This document shows, piece after piece, positions 1 through 8,376 of a stretch of 33,574 nucleotides of DNA. Below the pieces are notes generated by a model. It was not told the DNA's origin, ran no database searches, and was given only the letters and a program-made list of their open reading frames with translations. How positions within the stretch are numbered: the first letter of the stretch is position 1; every line of letters starts with the position of its first letter. The translations under genes and the position numbers were made by a program. Source of the stretch: a bacterium (GTDB lineage: Bacteria > Sysuimicrobiota > Sysuimicrobiia > Sysuimicrobiales > Kaftiobacteriaceae); contig JBIOXT010000191.1 in the NCBI GenBank assembly GCA_044869795.1, forward strand, positions 1 to 33,574. The letters are read 5' to 3'.

Positions 1-9
1 GTACACTCT

Positions 10-1164
10 CTAACCCATCGTGCGTTTGTAGAAGGGTAGTTTCACAACCACGGCGCGCGCCGCGCGGCCGCGGATTTCGACGTCGAGCGCCGTGCCCGGC
101 TTGGCAATCGCCCTCTCAACATACCCCATCCCGATGCTCTTGTTCACCCAGGGGCCAAACGTGCCGCTGGTCACGGCCCCGACCGGCGCGCCTTCGGCGG
201 CGAGCGGGTAGCCGTGGCGCGCGATCGCGCGGTCGATCACCTCGAAGCCCACCAGTTTGCGCGTCACTCCCCTCGTCTTCTGCTCCTCCAGCGCGGCCCG
301 GCCGGCGAAGTCGCCCTTCTCCCATTTCACCGTCCAGCCCAGCGGCGCTTCCAGCGGTGTCGTCGTTTCGTCGATGTCGTTCCCGTAGAGCATGAATCCG
401 GCTTCCAACCGCAGCGTGTCCCGCGCCCCCAGCCCCACCGGCACCAACCCGTCGGCGCGGCCGGTCTCGATCATCGCGCGCCAGACCGCCGGGGCCGCGT
501 CCCATGGGCAGGCGATCTCAAACCCGTCCTCCCCCGTATACCCGGTGCGGGAAATCAGCGCCCGCACACCCGCCACCTCGACCCCATCCAGCATCATGAA
601 CGCGCGCGCCGCGGCCAGGTCCGTGGGCGTCAGGCGCTGCAGGATTGACGGCGCCAGCGGGCCCTGCAGCGCCAGCAGGGCGAACTCCTCCGACCGGTTC
701 AGCGCCTCGGCGCGCCGGGTATGGCCGGCGATCCAGCGAAAATCCCCTTCCGTCGTCGCCGCGTTGACGATCAGCAGGAAGCGATCACCCTCCAGACAGA
801 ACGCGGTGAGATCGTCGAGTATCCCGCCGTGCGGCGCGCACATCGGCGAGTACAGACCTTCCCCCGGACCCAGCCGCGCGACGTCGTTGGTCAGCAGCCA
901 CTGCACGGTCTCACGGGCCCCGGGACCGGCGACTTCCACTTCTCCCATGTGGGACACGTCGAACAGGCCGGCGCGCGTGCGCACCGCGCGGTGCTCTTCC
1001 ACGATGCCGGCGTACTGCACCGGCATCTCCCACCCTGCGAACGGCACCATTCGCGCTCCCGCGGCGAGGTGCTCGTCGTAGAGACTCGTGCGCCGGAGCC
1101 CAGCCACACCGGGACCTGAGGCCCGTGGGCCTTTGGCCCACGGCCTGGGGCTTGAACTGGTCAT
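10..1164 (-). CDS. gcvT: Glycine cleavage system aminomethyltransferase (T protein)
   Basis: 384-aa ORF with family hallmarks LYDEHLAAGARMVPFAGWEMPVQY, FDVSHMGE, GYTGEDGFEI and ARDTLRLEAG. The start is uncertain. The ATG at 1164 overlaps the upstream stop (ATGA), but homology only begins near residue 24, and an in-frame GTG at 1107 lies just past a GC hairpin (1120-1145). Confidence 0.9.
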   Translation of the reverse strand: MTSSSPRPWAKGPRASGPGVAGLRRTSLYDEHLAAGARMVPFAGWEMPVQYAGIVEEHRAVRTRAGLFDVSHMGEVEVAGPGARETVQWLLTNDVARLGPGEGLYSPMCAPHGGILDDLTAFCLEGDRFLLIVNAATTEGDFRWIAGHTRRAEALNRSEEFALLALQGPLAPSILQRLTPTDLAAARAFMMLDGVEVAGVRALISRTGYTGEDGFEIACPWDAAPAVWRAMIETGRADGLVPVGLGARDTLRLEAGFMLYGNDIDETTTPLEAPLGWTVKWEKGDFAGRAALEEQKTRGVTRKLVGFEVIDRAIARHGYPLAAEGAPVGAVTSGTFGPWVNKSIGMGYVERAIAKPGTALDVEIRGRAARAVVVKLPFYKRTMG

Positions 1165-1841
1165 GGCTTTCCCGTTTCCCGGTTCCCGGTTCCCGGTTCC
1201 GTCAGTTCCCGTTCCCGCTGGCGCAGCAGGCTCACGACCTCGTCATCGTCGGTTTGACCGAAGTCGATGTAGAACTGGCCGACCGCGTAGAAGATCGTCG
1301 GCGTGTGCAGGCAGACGACATCGTCGGCCTCATCCCGCAAGCGCATCACCGTGTCCGCGGGGGCCACCGGAATGGCGGCGACGACTGCGGCAGGACCCAT
1401 GCCCCGCACCGCGCGCAGGGCCGCGATCATCGTCGAGCCCGTGGCGATCCCGTCATCGGCGACGATGGCGGTCGCGCCGGCGAGGGACGGCGACGGGCGC
1501 TCACCGCGATACGCCACCATCCGGCGGCGGATCTCTTCCAGCTGCTCGGCGGTCTCCTCGCGCAGGTAGAAATCGCTCACACCCAGGTTGGCGATGAGGG
1601 GCGCGTCAAGGAAGACGGTGCCGTCATAGGCGACCGCGCCGACCGCGAGCTCGGGATTGTGCGGCGCGCGGAGCTTGCGAGGAACGACGACGTCGAGGGG
1701 CGCACCCAGACCGCGGGCCACCTCGTACCCCACGACCACGCCGCCGCGCGGGATCGCCAGGACGACGGGCCGGCGGTCACGGTATCCCCGCAGCACCGCC
1801 GCCAGCTGTCGTCCCGCATCCCGTCGGTCCTGGAAGATCAC
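1161..1841 (-). CDS. Phosphoribosyltransferase-family protein
   Basis: 226-aa ORF with a PRPP-binding loop (AIVADDGIATGSTM) and a type-I PRT-like N-terminal half. The last ~15 codons are encoded by a (G/T)TTCCCG heptamer array. The stop overlaps the gcvT ATG. Confidence 0.8.
   Translation of the reverse strand: MIFQDRRDAGRQLAAVLRGYRDRRPVVLAIPRGGVVVGYEVARGLGAPLDVVVPRKLRAPHNPELAVGAVAYDGTVFLDAPLIANLGVSDFYLREETAEQLEEIRRRMVAYRGERPSPSLAGATAIVADDGIATGSTMIAALRAVRGMGPAAVVAAIPVAPADTVMRLRDEADDVVCLHTPTIFYAVGQFYIDFGQTDDDEVVSLLRQRERELTEPGTGNRETGKP
1168..1217. repeat. Heptamer microsatellite (G/T)TTCCCG x ~7
   Basis: TTTCCCG TTTCCCG GTTCCCG GTTCCCG GTTCCG tca GTTCCCG TTCCCG. It lies within the last codons of the PRT gene, directly abutting the gcvT ATG. 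Confidence 0.85.
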
Positions 1842-1845
1842 GGCC

Positions 1846-2400
1846 CTACAGTCCCAAGCGCCCCGCGACGGTCCGCAGCGCGCCGAGCACGAACTCGATG
1901 TGCTCGTCCAGCGGCACCCCCAATTCGTCCGCGCCGCGGAGGACGTCCTCGCGGTTCACGCCCCGCGCGAAGGCTTTGTCTTTCATCTTCTTGCGCACCG
2001 CGGCGGCATCGACTTCGGCGAGCGTCTTCCCCGGACGGACCAGCGCCACCGCCGTGATCAGCCCGACCAGCTCGTCGACGGCGAACAGCGTGTGCTCCAT
2101 CGTCGACCCGCGGGCGACGCCGGAGTAGTCCGCGTGCGAGAGCATCGCGCGGGTCCAGCTCTCGGGCACCCCGCGCCGCCGCAATTCGTCGACGCCGACA
2201 AACGGGTGGCCGGATTCCTGCGACGGATGGCGCTCGTAGTCGAGATCGTGGAGCAGCCCGACGGCGCCCCAGACCTCCTCGTCTTCGCCGAACTTCCGCG
2301 CATACGCACGCATCGCCGCTTCCACGGCGATCATGTGCCTGCGCAGGTTTTCACTCTGGATCCATTCGCAGACGAGGACCCAGGCGTCCTCGCGGGTCAT
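1846..2400 (-). CDS. HD-domain metal-dependent phosphohydrolase
   Basis: 184-aa ORF with the H...HD signature (NLRRHMIAVE ... GLLHDLDYERH). It is tightly packed with the downstream PRT gene (4-nt gap). Confidence 0.75.
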   Translation of the reverse strand: MTREDAWVLVCEWIQSENLRRHMIAVEAAMRAYARKFGEDEEVWGAVGLLHDLDYERHPSQESGHPFVGVDELRRRGVPESWTRAMLSHADYSGVARGSTMEHTLFAVDELVGLITAVALVRPGKTLAEVDAAAVRKKMKDKAFARGVNREDVLRGADELGVPLDEHIEFVLGALRTVAGRLGL

Positions 2401-2438
2401 ACGAGGACTGTTCCCGCGGCCGGGGTTGGTTCCCTACT

Positions 2439-3332
2439 CTAGGAGCGCTCGGCGACCGTGACGCTCATCTCCGCGACGGCGCCGGCGCGGACGAGGCGGA
2501 CCGGAACCGGTTTGCCGATCGCGTCGGGTCCAAGGCGGCTGAGCACGTCATCGAGGTGCCGCACGGGGGCGCCGGCGATGGCCACCAGCACGTCGCCGAG
2601 GACCAGACCGCTCCGATCGGCGGGGCTGCCCGGCTCGACGGAGACGATGATCACACCGGTGCGCTGGCCCAGCTGCTCCCGCAGCGCGGCGGGGAGGCGA
2701 ACCGGATGGGCCCCGATCCCCAGGTAGCCGCGGCGCACGCGGCCGTGCGTGAGCAGCATCTCGACGACCCTCCGCAGCGTCGCCGCGGGCACGGCGAGCG
2801 CCGTGCGGCGGAGCAGTCCGGCCGTGTTCATGCCCAGCGCATTCCCGGCCGCATCGAGCAGCAGGCCGCCGGAGAACCCGAACGCCATGCCGACATCGGT
2901 TTCGAGGTAGCGATCGAACTCGCCGCCGGTCGGAGCGCGCCACGCGTCACCCAGCGCGCTGATGATCCCCAGGCGCGCGCGCACCGTCTTGCCGGGGCGC
3001 GCCAGCGCGAGCACGAGATTCCCGACCTTCGCGGTGCCGCCGTCGGACCACGGGGCCGGCGCGAGACCGGCGCCCTGCGCCCGGAGCACGGCGATATCGG
3101 TCGTGGGATCGCGGCCGACCAGCGTCGCTGCCACGGACTCCCCCGACGGGAGGCCGATCTGGACGTCTTCTTCGCGTTCAACCGCGTGATCGGCCGTGAT
3201 GATGGCGCCGTCGGCGGACCACACCACTCCGCTGGACGGCATCCGGTGCCGTGCTTCAACCCGCACGACCGACGCGGCGCGGTCGGCCGCGACCTTCGAC
3301 AATTCATCCGATACACTAGCCAACATGGACAT
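2439..3332 (-). CDS. Trypsin-like (S1C/HtrA-type) serine protease with C-terminal PDZ domain
   Basis: 297-aa ORF with catalytic-triad contexts ITADHAV (His), TDIAVLR (Asp) and GFSGGLLLD (Ser). A PDZ-like segment GVIIVSVEPGSPADRSGLVLGDVLVAIAG follows. A GAGGAG Shine-Dalgarno lies 8 nt upstream of the ATG. Confidence 0.8.
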   Translation of the reverse strand: MSMLASVSDELSKVAADRAASVVRVEARHRMPSSGVVWSADGAIITADHAVEREEDVQIGLPSGESVAATLVGRDPTTDIAVLRAQGAGLAPAPWSDGGTAKVGNLVLALARPGKTVRARLGIISALGDAWRAPTGGEFDRYLETDVGMAFGFSGGLLLDAAGNALGMNTAGLLRRTALAVPAATLRRVVEMLLTHGRVRRGYLGIGAHPVRLPAALREQLGQRTGVIIVSVEPGSPADRSGLVLGDVLVAIAGAPVRHLDDVLSRLGPDAIGKPVPVRLVRAGAVAEMSVTVAERS

Positions 3333-3445
3333 AACGTCTGCTCCTCAGTCGCAATGAGATGGTCATCCCTCGGTCCCATGATCGCGTGATTCCATCGCAA
3401 CGGCCTCACCCATTCGGCCGGGGAAGGATCGGAAGAGCGGGCAGG

Positions 3446-4084
3446 TCAGAGGATGAGCAGACCTGATCGGGCCGCGCGCGTGACGGCCTCCGTGCGGCTG
3501 TGGGCGTCGAGTTTGCCCATGATCGCGGTAATGTGGAACTTCACGGTGTGCTCGCTGATGGCCAGCCGCCGGGCAATGGTCTTATTGGGCAGGCCTTCGG
3601 CCATCAGCCGCAGGACGTCGAGTTCCCGCGGGGTGAGATCCTCAAAGACAGGCTGCTCGGCTCTCCGCCCGATCGGCTCGTCGTGCGCGCGGACAGTTGG
3701 TTCGCTGACCTGGAGGCCCGCCGCAACGGCCGCCAGGGCCGCGGCGATCCGCTCGCCGGATGCGTCGCGGTGCACATACCCCGCAGCGCCGGCGGCCAGT
3801 GCCACGCCGCCCAGTCCCCTGTCCGCCAGCAGCACCAAGACCGGCGCGTTGAACGCTTCCAGCGCGGCGATGTGCTCGCCGAACACCCCGCTCCCACGAC
3901 CGAGATCGGCAACAATCACGTCGGGGCCGGCCGCCAGCGGAACGGAACTGCGCTGGTCCAGACCGATCTCACCGATCACCTCACAGCCGGGCTGGGCCAG
4001 CAGCAGGGCGCTGAGGCCGGCCCGCGCCAGCGGATCATCGGCGGCGACCACCACGCGCAGGGCTTCTCGTGCCTCTACACCCAC
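3446..4084 (-). CDS. NarL/LuxR-family response regulator (receiver + LuxR HTH)
   Basis: 212-aa ORF. The receiver has an acidic pocket (VVVAADDP) and a putative phospho-acceptor Asp (DVIVADLG). The C-terminal LuxR HTH reads LTPRELDVLRLMAEGLPNKTIARRLAISEHTVKFHITAIMGKL. No histidine kinase is present in the window. Confidence 0.85.
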   Translation of the reverse strand: MGVEAREALRVVVAADDPLARAGLSALLLAQPGCEVIGEIGLDQRSSVPLAAGPDVIVADLGRGSGVFGEHIAALEAFNAPVLVLLADRGLGGVALAAGAAGYVHRDASGERIAAALAAVAAGLQVSEPTVRAHDEPIGRRAEQPVFEDLTPRELDVLRLMAEGLPNKTIARRLAISEHTVKFHITAIMGKLDAHSRTEAVTRAARSGLLIL

Positions 4085-5160
4085 GCACTCTTCTCCCAGT
4101 TATCCCGCAGCGCGGGTGGTGCGATCCACCGTGGCAGCGGCATCACCAGTCTCCGCGACAGTGCGTAGGCATAGGGTTCGTACATCTTTCTCAATTCGGC
4201 CAGACGCGCGTCGGCATCGGATCCCTGGCGGAGCCGGACCCCGGCATCAGCCAACAGCGCCCGCAGCTCAACCAGCTCCTCCGGCGGGAGGCGGTCCTGC
4301 TCCGGCCCCCGAGGCGGGGTGTTCAAGACCTGGCATAGATCGACGAGCGCGTGGCGCGCAATCGCAAACGTCAGCCAGGCCTCGCGCCGCGCGGCTCCGT
4401 CGATGCCGACCAGCACGAGGGCGCAGGTATCGAGGATGGCGGTCAATCCGGCCAGCCACGACTGATTGCCGTGCTGCGAGCGGAACCCGGCCAGAATGGG
4501 GTACGAGATGTGGCTCTCCATCAGGTCGGCGGTCCACTGCTCCCAGCGCGTGAGAAATCCGCTCAGCGCCCCGAGATCCTGCCACCGTCCCAGACGGCTG
4601 AGCAGCGCCCCGGCGGTGGGCGGCGACCCGGCCCACTCGTCGAGCATCGACACCTCCGTCTCTCGCCGGGCGAAGGACTGGTAGAAGACCGGCAGATAGC
4701 CGAAAGCCAGCGCCAGCAGGGCAAATCCCAACCCGGCTTCGACAACGGTCAAGAAGCGGCCGGTGCCGGTCGTCGGTGCAATGTCCCCCAGCCCCAGTGT
4801 GAACAGCGTCGTGCCGCTGAAATACAGCGTGGTCACGAAGCTCGTCCGCGACTCCGGCGCGGCGAGGTGGGCGCCCAACCCCCAATGCATCATCGCAAAG
4901 CCGAGGATCAGCCCACCCGCCCACGTCGCCAGCAGCAACATCAGCGACAGCGGCGCGTAGAGACTGAGGAAACTCTCGCGCCGTCTGGGATTGCGCACGC
5001 CCCGCAGCCCCAGCGACCACAAGAGCCAGAGCAGGCGGATCTGGATCACGGTCAGGCGCGCGCGGCGGACCACGCGCCGCGGAAGGACCACCGCTTCAAA
5101 GGCGTCCCAGAGGATGAGAACGACCAGCAGTGCGCCGGCGACAGCGACCAAGGATGTCAT
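4075..5160 (-). CDS. Ion-channel protein with K+-channel-like pore (Ion_trans_2-like) and uncharacterised C-terminal domain
   Basis: The start is trimmed to the ATG at 5160 (MTSLVAVAGALLVVLILW...), because the longer ORF would overlap dinB. It has hydrophobic helices and a pore-helix/filter-like motif YFSGTTLFTLGLGDIAP (TxGxGD). The ~190-aa C-terminal soluble part has no motif I recognise. Its 3' end overlaps the response-regulator start by 10 nt. Confidence 0.7.
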   Translation of the reverse strand: MTSLVAVAGALLVVLILWDAFEAVVLPRRVVRRARLTVIQIRLLWLLWSLGLRGVRNPRRRESFLSLYAPLSLMLLLATWAGGLILGFAMMHWGLGAHLAAPESRTSFVTTLYFSGTTLFTLGLGDIAPTTGTGRFLTVVEAGLGFALLALAFGYLPVFYQSFARRETEVSMLDEWAGSPPTAGALLSRLGRWQDLGALSGFLTRWEQWTADLMESHISYPILAGFRSQHGNQSWLAGLTAILDTCALVLVGIDGAARREAWLTFAIARHALVDLCQVLNTPPRGPEQDRLPPEELVELRALLADAGVRLRQGSDADARLAELRKMYEPYAYALSRRLVMPLPRWIAPPALRDNWEKSAWV

Positions 5161-5203
5161 TTGACCAGTCGAACGGCCCGCTGGAAAACGGTATTCCGGG
5201 CTG

Positions 5204-5638
5204 TTACTCCAGCGGGGGAAACCCCTGCAGGGCGCGCACGTACATGATCTGCCCAATGTGGTAACTGTCATGGGGCAGGTGGTAGACGAGTCGATCGAGC
5301 GTCTGGGCGCTCTGCATCGCCGCCAGCATCTTTTGGTGAGACTCCGCAAAGCGCGCCCGCGTTTCCTCCCATGCCCGTTCGCTCACGTCGTCGGGCTCTT
5401 CCCAATTCCGCCGATCGACCTCATCCTGGGTCGGCCTGTCGCCGGCCGCCAGGCGCAGCGTGTACTCCTGCCAGAACATGATGTGGCTAACGATCTGCCA
5501 GATCGAGTGCCGCGCAGGGTCCGGCTTCCACGCCGCCTGTCGGGCGGACAGACCGTCAACCGCGCCGCGCCAGGACGCGAACCAGATGCCTTCGGTCCAC
5601 GCCTCCGTCCACATCCGCACCAACGTCTCGCGGTCCAT
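5204..5638 (-). CDS. DinB-family (four-helix bundle, metal-binding) protein
   Basis: 144-aa ORF with DinB_2-like His-containing motifs (IWQIVSHIMFWQEY and LPHDSYHIGQIMY). Confidence 0.65.
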   Translation of the reverse strand: MDRETLVRMWTEAWTEGIWFASWRGAVDGLSARQAAWKPDPARHSIWQIVSHIMFWQEYTLRLAAGDRPTQDEVDRRNWEEPDDVSERAWEETRARFAESHQKMLAAMQSAQTLDRLVYHLPHDSYHIGQIMYVRALQGFPPLE

Positions 5639-5644
5639 CGCTGT

Positions 5645-5899
5645 CTACTCTGTTGCGGGAGGCGGACTAGACCGTTCGGTTCGCTCACGGGTAGCCGTCT
5701 GGGCCCTGACCTTCAAATCGCGGATCTGTGCAACGGTCGTCGAGATGCGGTCGAAGAGATCCCCCTGCGCCTCCACCCCCGCCTGCATCAGCCAGGCCGC
5801 CGCCGCGCTGCGAGTGGCAAACGCACCCGATTCGATGAGCAGATCGAGGGCGCCGACCAGCTCCCGGCTGATACGAACGCCAACCACATGGTCCCTCAT
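5645..5899 (-). CDS. Ribbon-helix-helix (CopG-like) DNA-binding protein
   Basis: 84-aa ORF. The N-terminal beta-strand plus two helices pattern (VGVRISRELVGALDLLIESGAFATRSAAAAWLM) is typical of RHH repressors. It lies 6 nt upstream of dinB and is preceded by an AT-rich region. Confidence 0.6.
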   Translation of the reverse strand: MRDHVVGVRISRELVGALDLLIESGAFATRSAAAAWLMQAGVEAQGDLFDRISTTVAQIRDLKVRAQTATRERTERSSPPPATE

Positions 5900-5977
5900 A
5901 GCAGCATTTGTGGGCCCACTCTGCCGTTTCGTCTTGTTACGAGTAAACTATATCATGAATGACATGTTATCTAAACA
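5900..5977 (-). promoter_or_regulatory. AT-rich putative promoter/operator region for the RHH-dinB pair
   Basis: This is the only strongly AT-rich stretch on this side of the window. The minus-strand reading contains TATAAT- and TATAGT-like hexamers and repeated CATG/TAAAC motifs. No confident -35/-10 pair could be assigned. Confidence 0.3.
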
Positions 5978-6856
5978 TTATAGTCCTGTAATGGCGTCCA
6001 GGATCCTCTGGAGGTCCTCCTCAGAGTAGAAATCGATGGCAATCGCTCCGCGGGTTCTCGTCCCCTGAAAGCTCACTTTCGTTCCGAGCCGCCGTGACAG
6101 ATCGCCGGCGATAGCGTCGAGTTCAGGGTCCTGGAGCCGCCCGTGGCCCTTCGGGCCTATTTCACGTGAAATAGCGCCCCTGGCGAGCCTCTCTGTTTCC
6201 CTCACCGAAAGCCCGCGCCGCTCGACCCTCTCCCATAGTCTCACCCTGGCCGCGTCTCCCTCGACGCCGAGGATCGCTCGGGCATGGCCTTCTGTGATCC
6301 GCCCGGCCTCAAGACTGGCCTGGATCTGCGAGGGAAGGGTGAGGAGCCTGAGCGCGTTGGCCACCGAAGGCTGGCTCTTGCCCACCTGATCTGCGACCTG
6401 CTCCTGGGTCAAGTGGAACTCCTCGACCAACGCCCGGTATGCTCTCGACCGTTCCATGGGGTTGAGATCTTCGCGCTGAAGGTTCTCAACGAGTGCCAGC
6501 TCGAGGGCTTCCCGGTCACCCATCTGCCGGATGACGACGGGCACCGACGAGAGTCCGGCCGCCTCAGCGGCTCGCCAGCGCCGCTCGCCGGCGACAACTT
6601 CGTACCCATCACCGGCCGGTCTGACCACGATGGGTTGGAGAACACCGTGTTTGCGAACGGATTCGGCCAATCCTGCCAGCTCCTCCGGATCGATCGCCTG
6701 CCTGGGCTGGAACGGGTTGGCCCTCAGCGTCGACACTGAGACCTCCCGGGGGATAAGATCGCGTGGCTCCGCACCCGGGATGAGGGCCCCGAGGCCGCGG
6801 CCCAGGCCTCCCCTACGCTTTCCTGGATCACTCAACGGCGGCGGGCTGCCCGGCAC
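5978..6856 (-). CDS. parB: Chromosome partitioning protein ParB/Spo0J
   Basis: 292-aa ORF with ParB boxes GLGRGLGALI, LQPIVVRP and VAGERRWRAA, and an HTH (LTQEQVADQVGKSQPSVANALRLL). The GTG start at 6856 overlaps parA by 29 nt. An in-frame TTG at 6835 is an alternative start. Confidence 0.9.
   Translation of the reverse strand: MPGSPPPLSDPGKRRGGLGRGLGALIPGAEPRDLIPREVSVSTLRANPFQPRQAIDPEELAGLAESVRKHGVLQPIVVRPAGDGYEVVAGERRWRAAEAAGLSSVPVVIRQMGDREALELALVENLQREDLNPMERSRAYRALVEEFHLTQEQVADQVGKSQPSVANALRLLTLPSQIQASLEAGRITEGHARAILGVEGDAARVRLWERVERRGLSVRETERLARGAISREIGPKGHGRLQDPELDAIAGDLSRRLGTKVSFQGTRTRGAIAIDFYSEEDLQRILDAITGL
6158..6173. other. parS centromere-like site inside parB
   Basis: TATTTCACGTGAAATA is a perfect 16-bp palindrome matching the TGTTTCACGTGAAACA consensus at 14/16 positions. 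It lies within the parB coding region, as in Bacillus spo0J. Confidence 0.75.
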
Positions 6857-7610
6857 GGCTTCTTACCTCCTCTGCCAAAGCGGTGTATGATTGCGATCCC
6901 CTCGAAGCCGGATCATACGTCACGGCCGGCTGGCCGAAGCTCGGCGCTTCCGCAAGCCGCACGCTCCTGGGAATGATCGTCTGAAAGACCTTGCCTCCGA
7001 AGTGCCTGCGCACCTCCGCGGCCACCTGCTCTGAGAGGTTCGTCCGGGAATCGTACATCGTCAGCAGGATGCCGGCGATTTCCAGGCGGGCATTGAGCTG
7101 GGGCCGGATCAATTCAATCGAATCGACGAGTCTGGCCAGCCCTTCCAGCGCGTAGTACTCGCACTGAATCGGAATGATGACCTCGTCGGCGGCGACCAGG
7201 GCGTTGACGGTCAGCAGCCCCAGCGACGGGGGGCAGTCGATCAGGACGAGTTCATACCAATCCCGCACGCCCCGCAGGGCCTCGCGGAGGCGGAACTCGC
7301 GCGAGGGAAGCCCCGCCAGCTCCACCTCACCTCCGGCAAGATCGATCGAGGAGGGAGCCAGGTCCAGCCCGAGGACCTGAGTGGGGAGGAGGACGGATTG
7401 CAGCATCAGCCCGTTGATCAGCACATCGTAGATGGACGTGTTGACATCCGTGCGGCTGATGCCAACCCCGCTGGTGGCGTGTGCCTGGGGATCGAGGTCT
7501 GCCAGGAGGACGTGGACGCCGCCTAACGCCAGAGCCGCTGCCAGGTTGACGGCTGTTGTCGACTTGCCGACCCCGCCCTTCTGATTGGTAATCGCGAGGA
7601 CGCGGCCCAT
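6828..7610 (-). CDS. parA: Chromosome partitioning ATPase ParA/Soj
   Basis: 260-aa ORF with a deviant Walker A (ITNQKGGVGKSTTAVNLA) and ParA motifs (DLDPQ, LIDCPPSL). Confidence 0.95.
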   Translation of the reverse strand: MGRVLAITNQKGGVGKSTTAVNLAAALALGGVHVLLADLDPQAHATSGVGISRTDVNTSIYDVLINGLMLQSVLLPTQVLGLDLAPSSIDLAGGEVELAGLPSREFRLREALRGVRDWYELVLIDCPPSLGLLTVNALVAADEVIIPIQCEYYALEGLARLVDSIELIRPQLNARLEIAGILLTMYDSRTNLSEQVAAEVRRHFGGKVFQTIIPRSVRLAEAPSFGQPAVTYDPASRGSQSYTALAEEVRSRAGQPAAVE

Positions 7611-7668
7611 ACTACCAAACCCTCATTCGGTACCACCGGTGGCTATCCTCCGATTGGCGCGCGGGCCT

Positions 7669-8376
7669 CTACCTGAGGGGAGACTTCGAGATTTGCCGGG
7701 GATACGCCGCCGGTGTCGACGATACCTTGCGAAGTGAGACGATGGATCTCCGCTCGCCTCCAGGGAGTGCGACCGACACCGTCGGGAAGAGTTCGCCTCC
7801 CAGCGCGCTCAGGATCCGGGTGGCGGCCGACACCTCGCCGGCGACGGCGGGGCCTTTCAGCAGGACAGCGAGACCGCCCACCTTCACCAATGGCAGCGTC
7901 AACTCGGACAGGCGGGGGAGGGCCGCGACGGCCCGCGCGACGGCTATGTCGAACTGCTCCCGGAACCGGGGATTTCTCCCGGCGATCTCGGCCCGCTCGC
8001 GCACGACTGAGCAGCGCAGGTCCAGCTCCCCGACGGTGAGTTCCAGAAATGCCGCCTTGCGGCCGTTGGCCTCGAGCAGGACGACCTGCAGGTCGGGCCG
8101 CGCAATCGCCACCGGAACGCCCGGAAACCCCGCGCCGCTCCCGACGTCGATCACCGCCGCGCCGCGAGGAAACGAGATGCGCAGACACAGCAGTGAGTCG
8201 ACGAAGTGCAGCCGGACGACCTGCAGGGGATCGACCAGCGCGGTCAGGCGCGCGCGCGAGTTCCAGTGTGCGATCAACTGTTGGTAGCGGAGCAGCAGCG
8301 CGATCTGGGGCTCGGTCAGGGGGACGCCGACGGCGGCCGAGTCGGCGGCGAGCGCCGCGGCGAGATCAGCCCTCAA
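7669..8376 (-). CDS. rsmG: 16S rRNA (guanine527-N7)-methyltransferase RsmG (GidB)
   Basis: 235-aa ORF with LLRYQQLIAHWNSRARLTAL and the SAM-binding motif VIDVGSGAGFPGVPVAI. The TTG start at 8376 is uncertain. Confidence 0.85.
   Translation of the reverse strand: MRADLAAALAADSAAVGVPLTEPQIALLLRYQQLIAHWNSRARLTALVDPLQVVRLHFVDSLLCLRISFPRGAAVIDVGSGAGFPGVPVAIARPDLQVVLLEANGRKAAFLELTVGELDLRCSVVRERAEIAGRNPRFREQFDIAVARAVAALPRLSELTLPLVKVGGLAVLLKGPAVAGEVSAATRILSALGGELFPTVSVALPGGERRSIVSLRKVSSTPAAYPRQISKSPLR

Noticed and set aside
1165-1300. Glycine riboswitch upstream of gcvT.
   Set aside because: The PRT coding region abuts and overlaps the gcvT start, so there is no non-coding space. No tandem-aptamer-like conserved sequence is recognisable.
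8366-8376. Absence of trmE/mnmG between jag and rsmG, compared with the Bacillus order, as evidence of a deletion or rearrangement.
   Set aside because: jag and rsmG simply overlap by 11 nt, with no scar, repeat or pseudogene fragment. Gene order at this position varies among phyla, so this is noted only as a synteny difference.
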